Origin: Piromyces finnis finn
Taxonomy: Eukaryota; Fungi; Neocallimastigomycota
Assembly (NCBI GenBank): GCA_002104945.1
Contig: MCFH01000118.1
Location: forward strand, 1 to 38,249
Direction: 5' to 3'
DNA: 38,249 nt
Shown here: positions 8,790 to 19,196 of the stretch, one piece after another
Layout of the letters: every line of letters begins with the position of its first letter
Numbering within the stretch: position 1 is the stretch's first letter
Translations under genes and position numbers: made by a program
The notes under the pieces: generated by a model
Told to the model about the DNA's origin: nothing
The model's database searches: none
The model's input: the letters and a program-made list of their open reading frames with translations, nothing else

Positions 8790-10951
8790 ATAATAATACA
8801 AAAGAAGATAATAATTTAAATAAAACAAATAAAAATATTAATGAAATATATGATGATAATGATATTAATAACATAAATCATATAAATAAATTTAATGATA
8901 ATAATGACGATAACAACGTTAATATTATTAATTCACATAATAAGAATAATATAAATAATAATATAAATAATAACTTCATTAATAATATGAAAGACAATAA
9001 CAGTTATAAAATTAAAAACAACAATAATAATATTCATAAAAAGAAAAATAAAAGAAAAGTAATCGACAGTGACGAAGAAAGTGAAGATGAAAGTAAAATT
9101 AAAATTAAAAGAAATAAATTCTTAAACAAAGAAGAAAGGATAAATAAAATAATTGAAAGCGAAAGAAAATCTAAGAACAAAATTTCTTATAAGGCTAAAG
9201 ACTTGGACAATGGAATTAGTTTATCAGAATTAAATAAAAATAAACAAAAAAATAATAACTCATTAAGCTATATTCCAAACCATTCACTAGATGTAGAACA
9301 AAGACAATATCCAAATTATCCAAGGAACAAAAGAAAAATTTTGGATAATAATGAAAAGTATACAACTAGTAAAAGAATAAGAAAAGAAATAAATAACGTT
9401 GATAAATCATCAACGACAGATAACCAAATAACAGAACCAACAAGTTTTTTTGAAATCTTTAAGAGAAAAGATAAAAGAAGATGGCTTGACGCTATAAATG
9501 ATGAATTAAACAATATGAAAGAACGCAAAGTATATGAAAAAATAAACAAAGTTCCACAAAATACTAATGTAATTACCTCAAAATGGGTGTTCAAAATTAA
9601 AAGGGATAGCAAAGGAAACATTACCAAGTATAAAGCACGCTTAGTAGCTAGAGGATTCACTCAAGAATACGGTACGGACTACAAAGAAACATTTTCTCCA
9701 ACATTAAAACATGATTCACTAAGAATTCTTACAGCTATTTCAGCAGAAAAGAAATTTTATATACATCAATTAGATATAAAGGCAGCTTATTTATATGCTG
9801 ACTTAAATGAATGTATTTATATGTATGCTCCAGAAGGAGACTCTACTTACCGAAAAGGCTATTGGAAACTAAATAAGGCACTCTATGGTCTCAAGCAAGC
9901 AGCACGAGAATGGAATAATAATATAACTGATACTTTAACTAATATTGGATTTAAAAGACTGGTAAGTGAACCCTGTATTTTCGTTAAGAAAGATGATAAC
10001 AATAATATAAAATGTTTGTTAGGAATATATGTCGATGATATCCTAATATCAGGTAACAATTATGAAATAAATAAAACTAAAGAATTACTAAAGAAAAGAT
10101 ACAAAGTTACCGATATTGGATATGCAGATTTTATTATTGGAATTAAATTTGAAAAATTAAACAATGGATACTTACTTCACCAAGAAAGATACCTTAGAGA
10201 TATCTTAAGAAAATTCAACTTAGAAAACTGTAAACCTTGCAAAACACCTAAACCAGCAAACGAAGTTGATGATAAACAAGAAAAATATAACCCAACAAAG
10301 TATCGTGCAGCCATTGGTAGTTTACTATATCTTGCTATATCTACTAGACCAGACATTTTATTTTCAGTCACCAAAGCAGCCAGAAAATCACAAGAACCTA
10401 CTTTTAAAGACTGGGAGAATGTTATTCAAATTTTTAAATACCTCAAAGGAACCATTAATTACGGATTGCTCTATTCAGGCGAAGCTTCTTTAAAGACCTT
10501 TGTAGACGCAGACTACGGTAGTGACAAAGTAACCAGAAGATCAACCACCGGATTTGTTTTCTTCATGGGAAGTGGTCCCACGAGTTGGTTTTCGAAACTT
10601 CAACATTGTATTGCTACCTCTACAGCTGAGTCAGAATATTACAGCTTATGTGAGTGCGGAAAACATTCACTTTGGTATGCAAACATACTTAATGAGTTAG
10701 GGATAACTCATAAATGTACTGTAATAAACATTGACAACCAGGCAGCAATTTATAATGCTGAAAATGATACTATTAATCCAAAATCAAAACATATTGATAT
10801 TAAGTATCATAAAATAAGAGAAATGGTAAAAGAGAAAAAAATTAAATTGGAATATATCAAGTCCTTAAATAACATTGCTGATGGTTTCACAAAATATTTG
10901 GATGCTACAAAAATGTCTATTTTTAGAAATAATTTATTACATAAATATTAA
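8790..10951 (+). CDS. pol: B polyprotein part 2: linker, RT, RNase H (frame offset from part 1 within the A-rich tract 8751-8800)
   Basis: WVFKIKRD, KYKARLVARGFTQ, YVDDILI, FVDADYG, STAESEY, IDNQAA, ADGFTK. The frame is open upstream of the Met at 8987 back to about 8790. Confidence 0.93.
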
Positions 10952-11004
10952 ATGAATATTAAATGAATATTAAATGAATATTAAATAAAAGTATTTATAC
11001 TTTT

Positions 11005-11011
11005 GGGAGAA
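11005..11011 (+). promoter_or_regulatory. B polypurine tract
   Basis: GGGAGAA immediately before the 3' LTR TG. Confidence 0.75.
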
Positions 11012-11367
11012 TGTTAAAATTATAATGAAATAATTTTATATTTTATTTACTATTAATTAATTATATAATTATATATTATTTAAATTTTTATGTATTAATT
11101 AAATTAATTATATGAAAAGTATAATTTTATTTAATATTATATAAATATATATTTTTTACTATTATTAAAATGTAGTTCTTTTCATAATATAAGAAAAGAC
11201 ATTATTAAATAACTTGTATTAAATAATAATAAATATTAATAACAAATATTAATAAATAAATAATAATAAATAAATATAAAATAATATATATACATATTAT
11301 ACAAATATTTATTTATAAAGTGTTGGTGTTATATAAAATATTATAATAATAATATTTAATCATAAAA
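11012..11367 (+). repeat. B 3' LTR
   Basis: Direct repeat of 5440-5795, followed by TSD TAAAT. Confidence 0.95.
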
Positions 11368-11610
11368 TAAATTAATTTAAAAAATTTTTAGTATAAATAC
11401 GAGTGAATTTTCCCAAATATTTTAAAGAATCGAGATTTTATTAATAAATAATTATATTATTAAACACTAACTTATTAAGTTAAATTCTATGTGTTTTTAA
11501 TGATATTTTTATAAATTAATAATTTACAGATTATTTTAAAGTGTTAATATTACTAAGTTATTTAGTAAATATTATAATTTGTTTTATTGTTAAAGACACA
11601 TTTCTTTACA
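11368..11610 (+). repeat. C 5' LTR, right segment (TATA at 11392, probable TSS ~11432, U5, ends TTTACA)
   Basis: Matches 18061-18303 with one substitution seen. Confidence 0.95.
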
Positions 11611-11620
11611 ATAAAATCTC
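11610..11620 (+). promoter_or_regulatory. C self-priming PBS
   Basis: AATAAAATCTC is the reverse complement of GAGATTTTATT at 11432-11442, 40 nt downstream of TATAAAT. No TGG tRNA-type PBS is present. Confidence 0.8.
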
Positions 11621-11679
11621 CTTATAATATAAAAGCTTAATACCTTAGTGTTTAAGAAATTGTTATAGATAAAACTTTT

Positions 11680-12400
11680 AAGTTTTATTGTTGAAGCTTT
11701 TCTTTAAAGAAATATTTTTACTTAAAGTAGTAGAATTAGTACGCTTTAGAAGCGGTATATAATTCAAACTATAAAAAGTAAAAGATTAACGGGATCGAGT
11801 TTAACCTGTACAATAATTGGGTTGGCAGGCTCTGAGCTATTCTACTTTGAATAAGGAAGTAGGAGAATCCGAGGTACACCACGTACAAGACGCTGTAATA
11901 AGCAAGCTGGCGTGAGATTTATAGTTGTATACTATCTTTTGCTGTTTGATTATAGACCGGAAAATAGCCGGAAATGCCTTACTTTAATAAAATAATATTT
12001 CTTAATTAATACATTTTAAAATTAAGTTTTCTAATAAAACAATTTCTAATTTTTAATTATAATTATTAATTGTTAAGACAATTTATTAAAATTGTAATAA
12101 TATAAAATAATATTCTTTATAACTCCTTTAGCGTGAGAAGTTAAACTCTTATACATAATACTTCTACGTTCGGATAAGGTTGATATAGGGAAAGAAAACC
12201 TGTAATAATTTTTATTGCTAACAATAAGTTAGACACTAAAAAAAAAATTTTTACACCGTTCCTTTCTTTTATTAATTTAATTAATATTAACAATCGACTT
12301 TATACGTGTTATCGTGAAGAGCTACGAAGGACTTATTATAAAGAATAAAACAGGTTATATATTTGATGGTTTAACACTATATAATCTGGTTTATATTATT
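11680..12400 (+). ncRNA. Conserved structured 5' leader RNA of C, homologous to the F leader
   Basis: About eight co-linear conserved blocks and two hairpins with compensatory changes relative to 18370-19060 (minus strand). Confidence 0.7.
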
Positions 12401-12503
12401 ATTTAATAAAAAGATTTACTCAATTAATAAATATAATTAAATACTTTATTCTATTATTTTTACAAATTTATTAAAGCTTATTAAAGAAAACATCATAAGT
12501 ACT

Positions 12504-14700
12504 ATGGAAGAGAACGAAAACAACCACATGGATAATAATAATATTTTCGAAAACGCAACTCTTAAGGATGGTTTTGCAGGGGATCGCAGATATCTGAAGG
12601 GTTTCTTAGCTAAGGTGGAGCTAGTGTTTATGCTATATCCTGAACGGTATCAAGACGACGCAACCAAAATTCTCTATATAATATCAAGACTTTATGGGGA
12701 CGCTATGAATTGGGCTGCTACTCTTATAAACAACCATGATCCGTGTCTTAATAACTACCAAGCTTTTGTTGACAGGTTTAAGGCTTTTTATGGTTATAAC
12801 GATGCTACCTATGTTGCAAATCAAATGCTTAGAACCTTAAAACAACGCCGATTAGGAGGAATTAGAGGCTATATCTTGGAATTTAACCGCTATGCTGATG
12901 AATCAAACTGGAATGAACAAGCCAAAATGGATGCATTTATAGCTGGCCTTAATCAACAAGTTGCAGTTCGTATTTTGGAAATGTTTCCGGGTCCTAGGGA
13001 TCTTCTTTCATTACAGACTATTGCTTCAAGAATCGATTCAAGATTATCTACACATCATACCTTTTTCCCTTCTGGTTCAAACAATAACCAAAACCGAAAG
13101 AAAAGATCTTTTCATCACTCTTCAAAAATAACAAAGTCCATTACAAACAGGAATAACCATGGCCCTATCTCAAACGAAGAAAAGGAAAGAAGAAAGAAAG
13201 AAAATCTTTGTGTGTATTGTGGTGCTTCAAGTCATAAGCTTAATAATTGTCCAAAAAGAAAGAATAAAGATCGTGAAAATCCTTCACTAATATCTATTCC
13301 CACACTTATATCCGCTCCTAAAGAAGAAAACAAAACTCATAATAAAATGACAACTAAATTTAAACTTTCTTATGAACTAAATACGGATATTCTTATTGAC
13401 TCAGGATCCAAACTTAATTTAATTGATGTAGATTACTGTAACGATAATAACATTCCTTATCATGATGACGGTAACCTACCAAATATCGTTGGTATCGGTG
13501 GTCGACAATCTCTTTTTAGAATTACATCTCCTTTGAATCTTCGCTACAAAGATCATCTCTGTCGAACACAATTCTATGTAACTGATCTACCTTATTATCC
13601 TTGTATTCTTGGAATAGATTGGCTTAAAGAACACAATCCTTCTATCGATTTCACAAAGAACAAAATTTCATTTGTATCCGATTACTGTTATAATCGTTGT
13701 ATAACACTCTCCAATAATGTCCCTGAATTTCCTGAAGAAAGATCTGCTTTTCCTGCAATGGAAGATCCTTCCTACGAACCTCCGCATGATTCATTCGCTT
13801 ACCCTATATTTGTCGATAAACAAAACATCCAATCTCAAAACGAAACTAATCGTACTTGTACTATTCTCTGTTCGGGTTCTTCAAAAAATATTAACAATTC
13901 TGTTTCTAAGAAGTCTTCTGTTAACTTTTCTACTTCGTCTCTCTCAAATCAAGAACCAACTTCTGTTTTGACTTCTTTTTCTGATTCTAATATTCATTCC
14001 AATTCTATTCTCAAATCCGATTCAAACTCTAAATCAGAACCCAATTCTTCTATTATACTTCCGGATGTTCTCTCTGACTTTGCTGATGTCTTCAATGAAT
14101 CTAATGCTGAAAAACTTCCTCCACACCGTCCATACGATTGTGAAATAAAACTCAAAGAAAATTCAAAACTGTTTTATGGACCGATTTATCCTCTAACAGA
14201 AACCGAATCAATTGCTTTAGAAGAATATATAAAAGAAAATCTCAAGAAAGGATTTATTAGAAAATCAAAATCGCCTGCGGGAGCTCCTATTCTGTTTGTA
14301 CCTAAGAAAAACGGTCAACTTCGTATGTGTGTTGACTATCGCCAATTAAACTCCATAACTATTCGTGATTCTTATCCCCTTCCTCTTATACAAGATATGC
14401 TTGAACATCTTGGAAAAGGGAAGATTTTCTCAAAATTGGATCTTCGTTCTGCCTATAACTTGGTCAGGATTAAAAGTGGTGATGAATATAAAACCGCTTT
14501 TACTTGCAAGTTAGGTCATTTTGAATACTGTGTGATGCCTTTTGGGTTGAAAAATGCACCTGCTGTTTTTCAACATTTCATTAATGATGTTCTTGAAGAC
14601 GTTCTTGGTAAATTCGCTTTCTCTTACATAGATGATATTATTATTTTTTCCTCTGATTATAAATCTCATATATCTCATGTCAAAACTGTTTTGAAACTCC
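12504..14700 (+). CDS. C polyprotein 5' part: Gag (CCHC), protease, RT N-terminal part; interrupted by the solo LTR
   Basis: CVYCGASSHKLNNC, ILIDSGS, LRMCVDYR, MPFGL, YIDDIII. Confidence 0.95.
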
Positions 14701-15303
14701 TGTAAAGATATCAAACGCCTCTGTTTGATATCTTTAATGTAACTTAAGCCACAAGTATTATTGTTTAAGTTACACAAATTATATTCAGAAAAAGAAAATG
14801 AGACATAATTTATTTATTAATAATTAAAGTTTAAAACAAAATAAATTATTAATTTATTTTTAATGTTTAACAAGTAAATTAATATTCTCAATTTAAATCC
14901 CTAGTTTTAGTATTGTTTTTTTATAGAAATAGATAAATAATAAATGATTAATATATCAATAATACATGGGCACATATTCAAATTAAATAGTACTTAATTT
15001 GAATTGCCAATTGTATTTTACTAAAAATAGTTATAGTTTAAATATTTATTAATAATTAAGATTTTAGTGTAGATTTTAAATAATAATATATAAGAAATAA
15101 ATAGTTATAATATAATATAAATGTATTTAGGAAAAATATAAATAGAAGATATTTTTCATCATTTTATCGATGTAATTGTTATTATTAAAATTCTATTATA
15201 ATAAAAGATATTTTTAATAAAACAATTTTTATTTTTATTTTAAATTTAGTGTTATTGTAATAGAATAGATATCCTAATCTATTCTTTCTGTGTCGCCATT
15301 ACA
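14701..15303 (+). mobile_element. Solo LTR of the D family (603 bp, TG...CA)
   Basis: TSD ACTCC at 14696-14700 and 15304-15308. It is the reverse complement of 26483-27086. Removing it restores KTVLKLLRDAG in frame. Confidence 0.96.
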
Positions 15304-17554
15304 ACTCCTGAGGGATGCTGGGCTCTATGCTAAATTGGAAAAATGCGAGTTCTTTGTTTCTTTTATTGATTTCCTTGGTCATAGGATTTCTACTGATGGT
15401 ATTCACATGGACCCAAATAAAGTTTCTTCTATTTTAAACTGGCCTACTCCATCTAATGTTAAAGAGGTTCAATCTTTTCTTGGTCTTGCGAACTACTACC
15501 GTCGATTTATTCCAAATTTTGCAAAGATCGCTCATCCTTTGCATAAACTTTTGAAGAAAAATGTTAAATTTGTATGGTCTAAAGAAGCTCAAGATGCTTT
15601 CGATTCACTCGAGTCCTTATTTGTTTCTGCTCCTGTTATTATATTTCCTAATCGTGAACTTCCATTCATAGTCGAAACTGATTCAAGTAACTTTGCCATT
15701 GGTGCTATTCTCTCGCAAGTCTCTCCAATTGATAATATAACCCATCCAGTTGCTTTCTTTTCTCGCTCTCTTACTGGTCCTGAACGTAATTATCCAATAT
15801 ATGATAAAGAGCTCTTAGCTATCGTTGCTGCTCTTGAAACATGGCGTCATCTACTTAAAGGCTCTTCTTCTACTTTTAAGATTTACTCGGATCATCGAAA
15901 TTTACTCTATCAAAAGAAACCTGAAAAAATGTCTCAACGTCTTGTTCGCTGGGCTTTGTTTCTCTCTGAATTTAACTTTGTTATTATTTATCGTTCTGGT
16001 TCTTCTAACGGTAAGCCTGATGCTCTATCTCGTCGTCCTGATTATGCTATCAATTCGAATTCCTCTTCTGATGTTCCTTTTAATGTTCTTCGCCCTGAAA
16101 ATTTTTGTGCCATTGTAACTTCTGTTTCGTCCATTAGTAATTCTTTTCTTTCCGAATATATAAATGATGACTTTTACAATAAAATCTGTGAATATCTTGA
16201 TTGTAGGAAACCTCCAATACCTCACCCTCAAATTGACAAATTTTCCTTAAGCAATAGTTTTTTCCTTTTTACTGACAGAATCTATGTTCCTCCAAATTGT
16301 CGTCTTTCAATTCTTAAACTCTGTCACGACTCTCCTTCAGCTGGTCATTTCGGAATAAAGAAAACATCTTCTCTTATTGCTAGAGACTTCTGGTGGCCTT
16401 CTATTTCTTCTGATGTTAAAGACTACGTTCGTTCTTGTGAAGTTTGTTGTCGTTCAAAAACCTTTCGTCATAAACCTTATGGTCTTCTGAATCCTCTTGA
16501 TATTGCTGAGCGTCCTTGGTCATCCATTTCAATGGATTTCATTACAGATTTGCCTTCATCTTCTGGTTTCACTTGCATTCTTGTTGTTGTTGATCGTCTT
16601 ACAAAAATGGTTCATCTCATTCCGTTCAAAAGTATTCCTTCCGCCGCCGAAACAGCCACAGCCTTTATTGATAATATTTTCCGTCTTCATGGCCTACCTG
16701 AATCTATTGTCTCGGATAGAGGTTCTCAATTTACCTCTAAATTCTTCCAATCCATCTGTTCCTCCCTTGGCATTGAACTTAAGTTGTCTACTCCATTTCA
16801 TCATCAATCAAACGGTCAGACGGAGAGGGTGAACTCCGTTATAGAACAATATTTAAGATGTTTCTCAAATTATAAAGGTTCAAATTGGAAAAGTTTTCTT
16901 AGTCTTGCAGAATTTAGTTATAACAACGTGGTTCAAGAATCATCCAAATTTTCTCCATTCTTTTTGAATTACGGCTTTCATCCAAAATATTCACCAGTTA
17001 TTCCAGACTTATCTAAAGTCCCAAGAGCAGAAGAGTTTACAAGAGATTTTAAAACTTTAATTAATACCTTAAAAGAAAATTTAAAATCTGCCATGGAAAC
17101 CCAGAAGAAGCATGCTGACAAACGTAGAAAAGAAGCTCCGAATTTTAAAGTTGGTGACAAAGTTTGGCTGGATAGTTCTTTAATTATCCACAAAGGAAAT
17201 AAAAAATTTAAGCCAAGAAAACTCGGCCCATACAAAATCTTGGAAAAAATATCAAATGTTACATTTAAATTAAGTCTCCCAAAATCTATTAAGATTCATC
17301 CAGTTATTCATGTATCCAATCTCGAGAAATATGTCGAAGATAAATTTGGAAGATCTCAACCACCACCGCCACCTATTACCGTTGACAATGAAGAAGAATA
17401 CGAAGTTGAAGAAATTCTGGATAAAAGAAGACATTACGGAAAAATACAATACCTGATTAAATGGAAAGGGTATTCAATCAATGAAGCTTCGTGGGAGCCT
17501 GAAGAAAATCTAAATTGCAAGGGGCTACTTAAAAAATTTAATAGAAAGAAATAA
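15304..17554 (+). CDS. pol: C polyprotein 3' part: RT C-terminus, RNase H, integrase, GPY/F motif, canonical chromodomain
   Basis: [14 protein letters not shown]...[40 protein letters not shown]...YLIKWKGY...SWEPEENL. Confidence 0.96.
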
Positions 17555-17852
17555 AAAATAGTTAAAAAATTCAAATTATATTTATTATTAATATTAAAAT
17601 CACAATTATTATTATTATCAAAACTTATTAATATCATTATCAATATCAATTTTATTATTAAACAATTTATTAATATCAAATTTATCAATATTTTATTTTT
17701 AACTTTAGTAATATTAAAAAAAAAAAAATGTATTTTATTATATTAAATGTATTTTTATAATTAAGAAAATTCACTCCTTAGTTTAGTTTATTAAAAAAGA
17801 AAAACATATATTTAAATATTAAAATTCTAGATTCGTCTGGTATCCGAATCCT

Positions 17853-17861
17853 GGAGGAGGA
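17853..17861 (+). promoter_or_regulatory. C polypurine tract
   Basis: GGAGGAGGA, 3 nt before the 3' LTR. Confidence 0.8.
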
Positions 17862-17864
17862 CCA

Positions 17865-18303
17865 TGTAACGAATACTAGAAATAACTAAATTGTCTTAGT
17901 GGTTAGTAGCTAAGACTTTGAGTCTGAATGACACTAGTTCGAGACCTCATAGATACTATTTTAAAAAAATTATAATTTTATTTTATTTTATTTTATTTTT
18001 AAATTTTATTTTATATGAAGATTATTGATTGGTTAAGAATTTTAAGTTGAAAAAATTTTATAAATTAATTTAAAAAATTTTTAGTATAAATACGAGTGAA
18101 TTTTCCCAAATATTTTAAAGAATCGAGATTTTATTAATAAATAATTATATTATTAAACACTAACTTATTAAGTTAAATTCTATGTGTTTTTAATGATATT
18201 TTTATAAATTAATAATTTACAGAATATTTTAAAGTGTTAATATTACTAAGTTATTTAGTAAATATTATAATTTGTTTTATTGTTAAAGACACATTTCTTT
18301 ACA
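17865..18303 (+). repeat. C 3' LTR (439 bp, TG...CA), uninterrupted
   Basis: TGTAAC...TTTACA, matching the split 5' LTR. Confidence 0.96.
17885..17962 (+). ncRNA. tRNA-Gln(UUG)-like Pol III cassette, 3' LTR copy
   Basis: A box TGTCTTAGTGG (17892-17902), CT-TTG-AG loop (17916-17922), B box GTTCGAGAC (17937-17945), TTTT (17959-17962). Confidence 0.7.
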
Positions 18304-19178
18304 ATATATCTATATATTTTTTTTTTAATTAATTATTATTTAAAAACTTATTTCTTTTTATAAAAATATAAGCCAACCTATATAATGTTAAACCATCAAG
18401 TATTATAGGTTGTGTAATTCTAAGTGAAAATCCCTCGTAGCTCTTTGATGATAAGCCACAAATATACCCGATGGTTAATATTAAATATAATTTAATAAAA
18501 GGAAGTAACGTAATTAATTTCTTTATTATCACTAACTTAATTAGCGGAAAGAAAATAATTGATTATCTTCCCCAATTATCAGATATAATTGAACACCAAA
18601 GTATTACGTACAGCAGTTTAACTTGCCACGCTAAGGGTCACTTTCGAATTATTTATTTATATTTTAAAAAGAATAATTTTTAAAAATCGTTCAATTAAAA
18701 AAAAATATTTTTTTTTTTTTTAAAAAATTATAAATACTAAAATAATATTTAATTTATTAAAAATTTGAATTACAATAATAAGTATAGTAGAACAGCATTT
18801 CACAGCAATTTTCCAATACTTATTTAGGGTGCTTAAGTAGTTCACAATTGCCCAGCTTACCGTATTACCAGTGTCATGTAGCAATTATGCGAGGCACTTC
18901 TATTTCTCTAGCAAAATAGAAAGGTTCAGCGCTTTCCAGTATCCTACTGTGAAAGATAAACTAGACCTAAAAACTTAACCACTAATTCCTAAATAAGTAC
19001 TGCTTCTAAAGCGTACTAATTCAGTTCTACTAAAATATTATACCTTAAAGCTTCAACAGTAATATAAATATTACCTATAACTTTGAAGGGTAATAAATTT
19101 TTAAGAAATTTATATAATATTTTAGTAATATTTTAATATTACTTTATCCTATGTATTAATAATTTTTATTAATATTAT
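18304..19178 (-). other. 5' leader of orphan element F, truncated by C shortly before the expected gag start
   Basis: Follows a PBS and is co-linear with the C leader in opposite orientation. Confidence 0.75.
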
Positions 19179-19196
19179 TCCCCGATATCTCCACCA
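19179..19196 (-). promoter_or_regulatory. tRNA-Ala PBS of element F
   Basis: Identical 18-mer to 4362-4379. Confidence 0.85.

Larger units (their letters stand above)
5440..11367 (+). mobile_element. Element B: Ty1/copia retrotransposon, very recent insertion
   Basis: 356-bp LTRs that look identical by eye. The 5-bp TSD TAAAT (5435-5439, 11368-11372) is confirmed by the empty site in the C 3' LTR (18061-18065). Domain order gag-PR-IN-RT-RH. Confidence 0.97.
5244..18303 (+). mobile_element. Element C: self-priming chromovirus (Ty3/gypsy) carrying three nested insertions
   Basis: Near-identical LTR pair, gag-PR-RT-RH-IN-chromodomain polyprotein, PPT. The 5' LTR lacks its first 5 bp (TGTAA). 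Confidence 0.95.

Noticed and set aside
8477-8828. Minus-strand repetitive ORFs (YYFHLN, FKLLFS repeats)
   Set aside because: Antisense shadows of the 18-bp Asn repeat in B.
10948-10985. 11-bp triple repeat TTAAATGAATA at the end of B pol
   Set aside because: Likely local slippage in AT-rich 3' UTR; no functional evidence.
12188-12203. LSU rRNA fragment (GGGAAAGAAAACCTGT resembles a 28S segment as I recall it)
   Set aside because: Only about 16 nt with mismatches, not conserved in the F homolog, and no flanking rRNA similarity.
14511-14777. ORFs beginning MCNLNNNTCGLSY (also 27010-27294)
   Set aside because: Chance frames starting inside the D-family LTR and reading into unrelated neighbours.
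17885-17957. Functional tRNA-Gln gene
   Set aside because: Acceptor, D and T stems do not base-pair, so it is reported as a tRNA-like cassette instead.
18329-18683. Short ORFs 18329-18532 and 18471-18683
   Set aside because: No recognisable motifs; they overlap the conserved non-coding leader of F.
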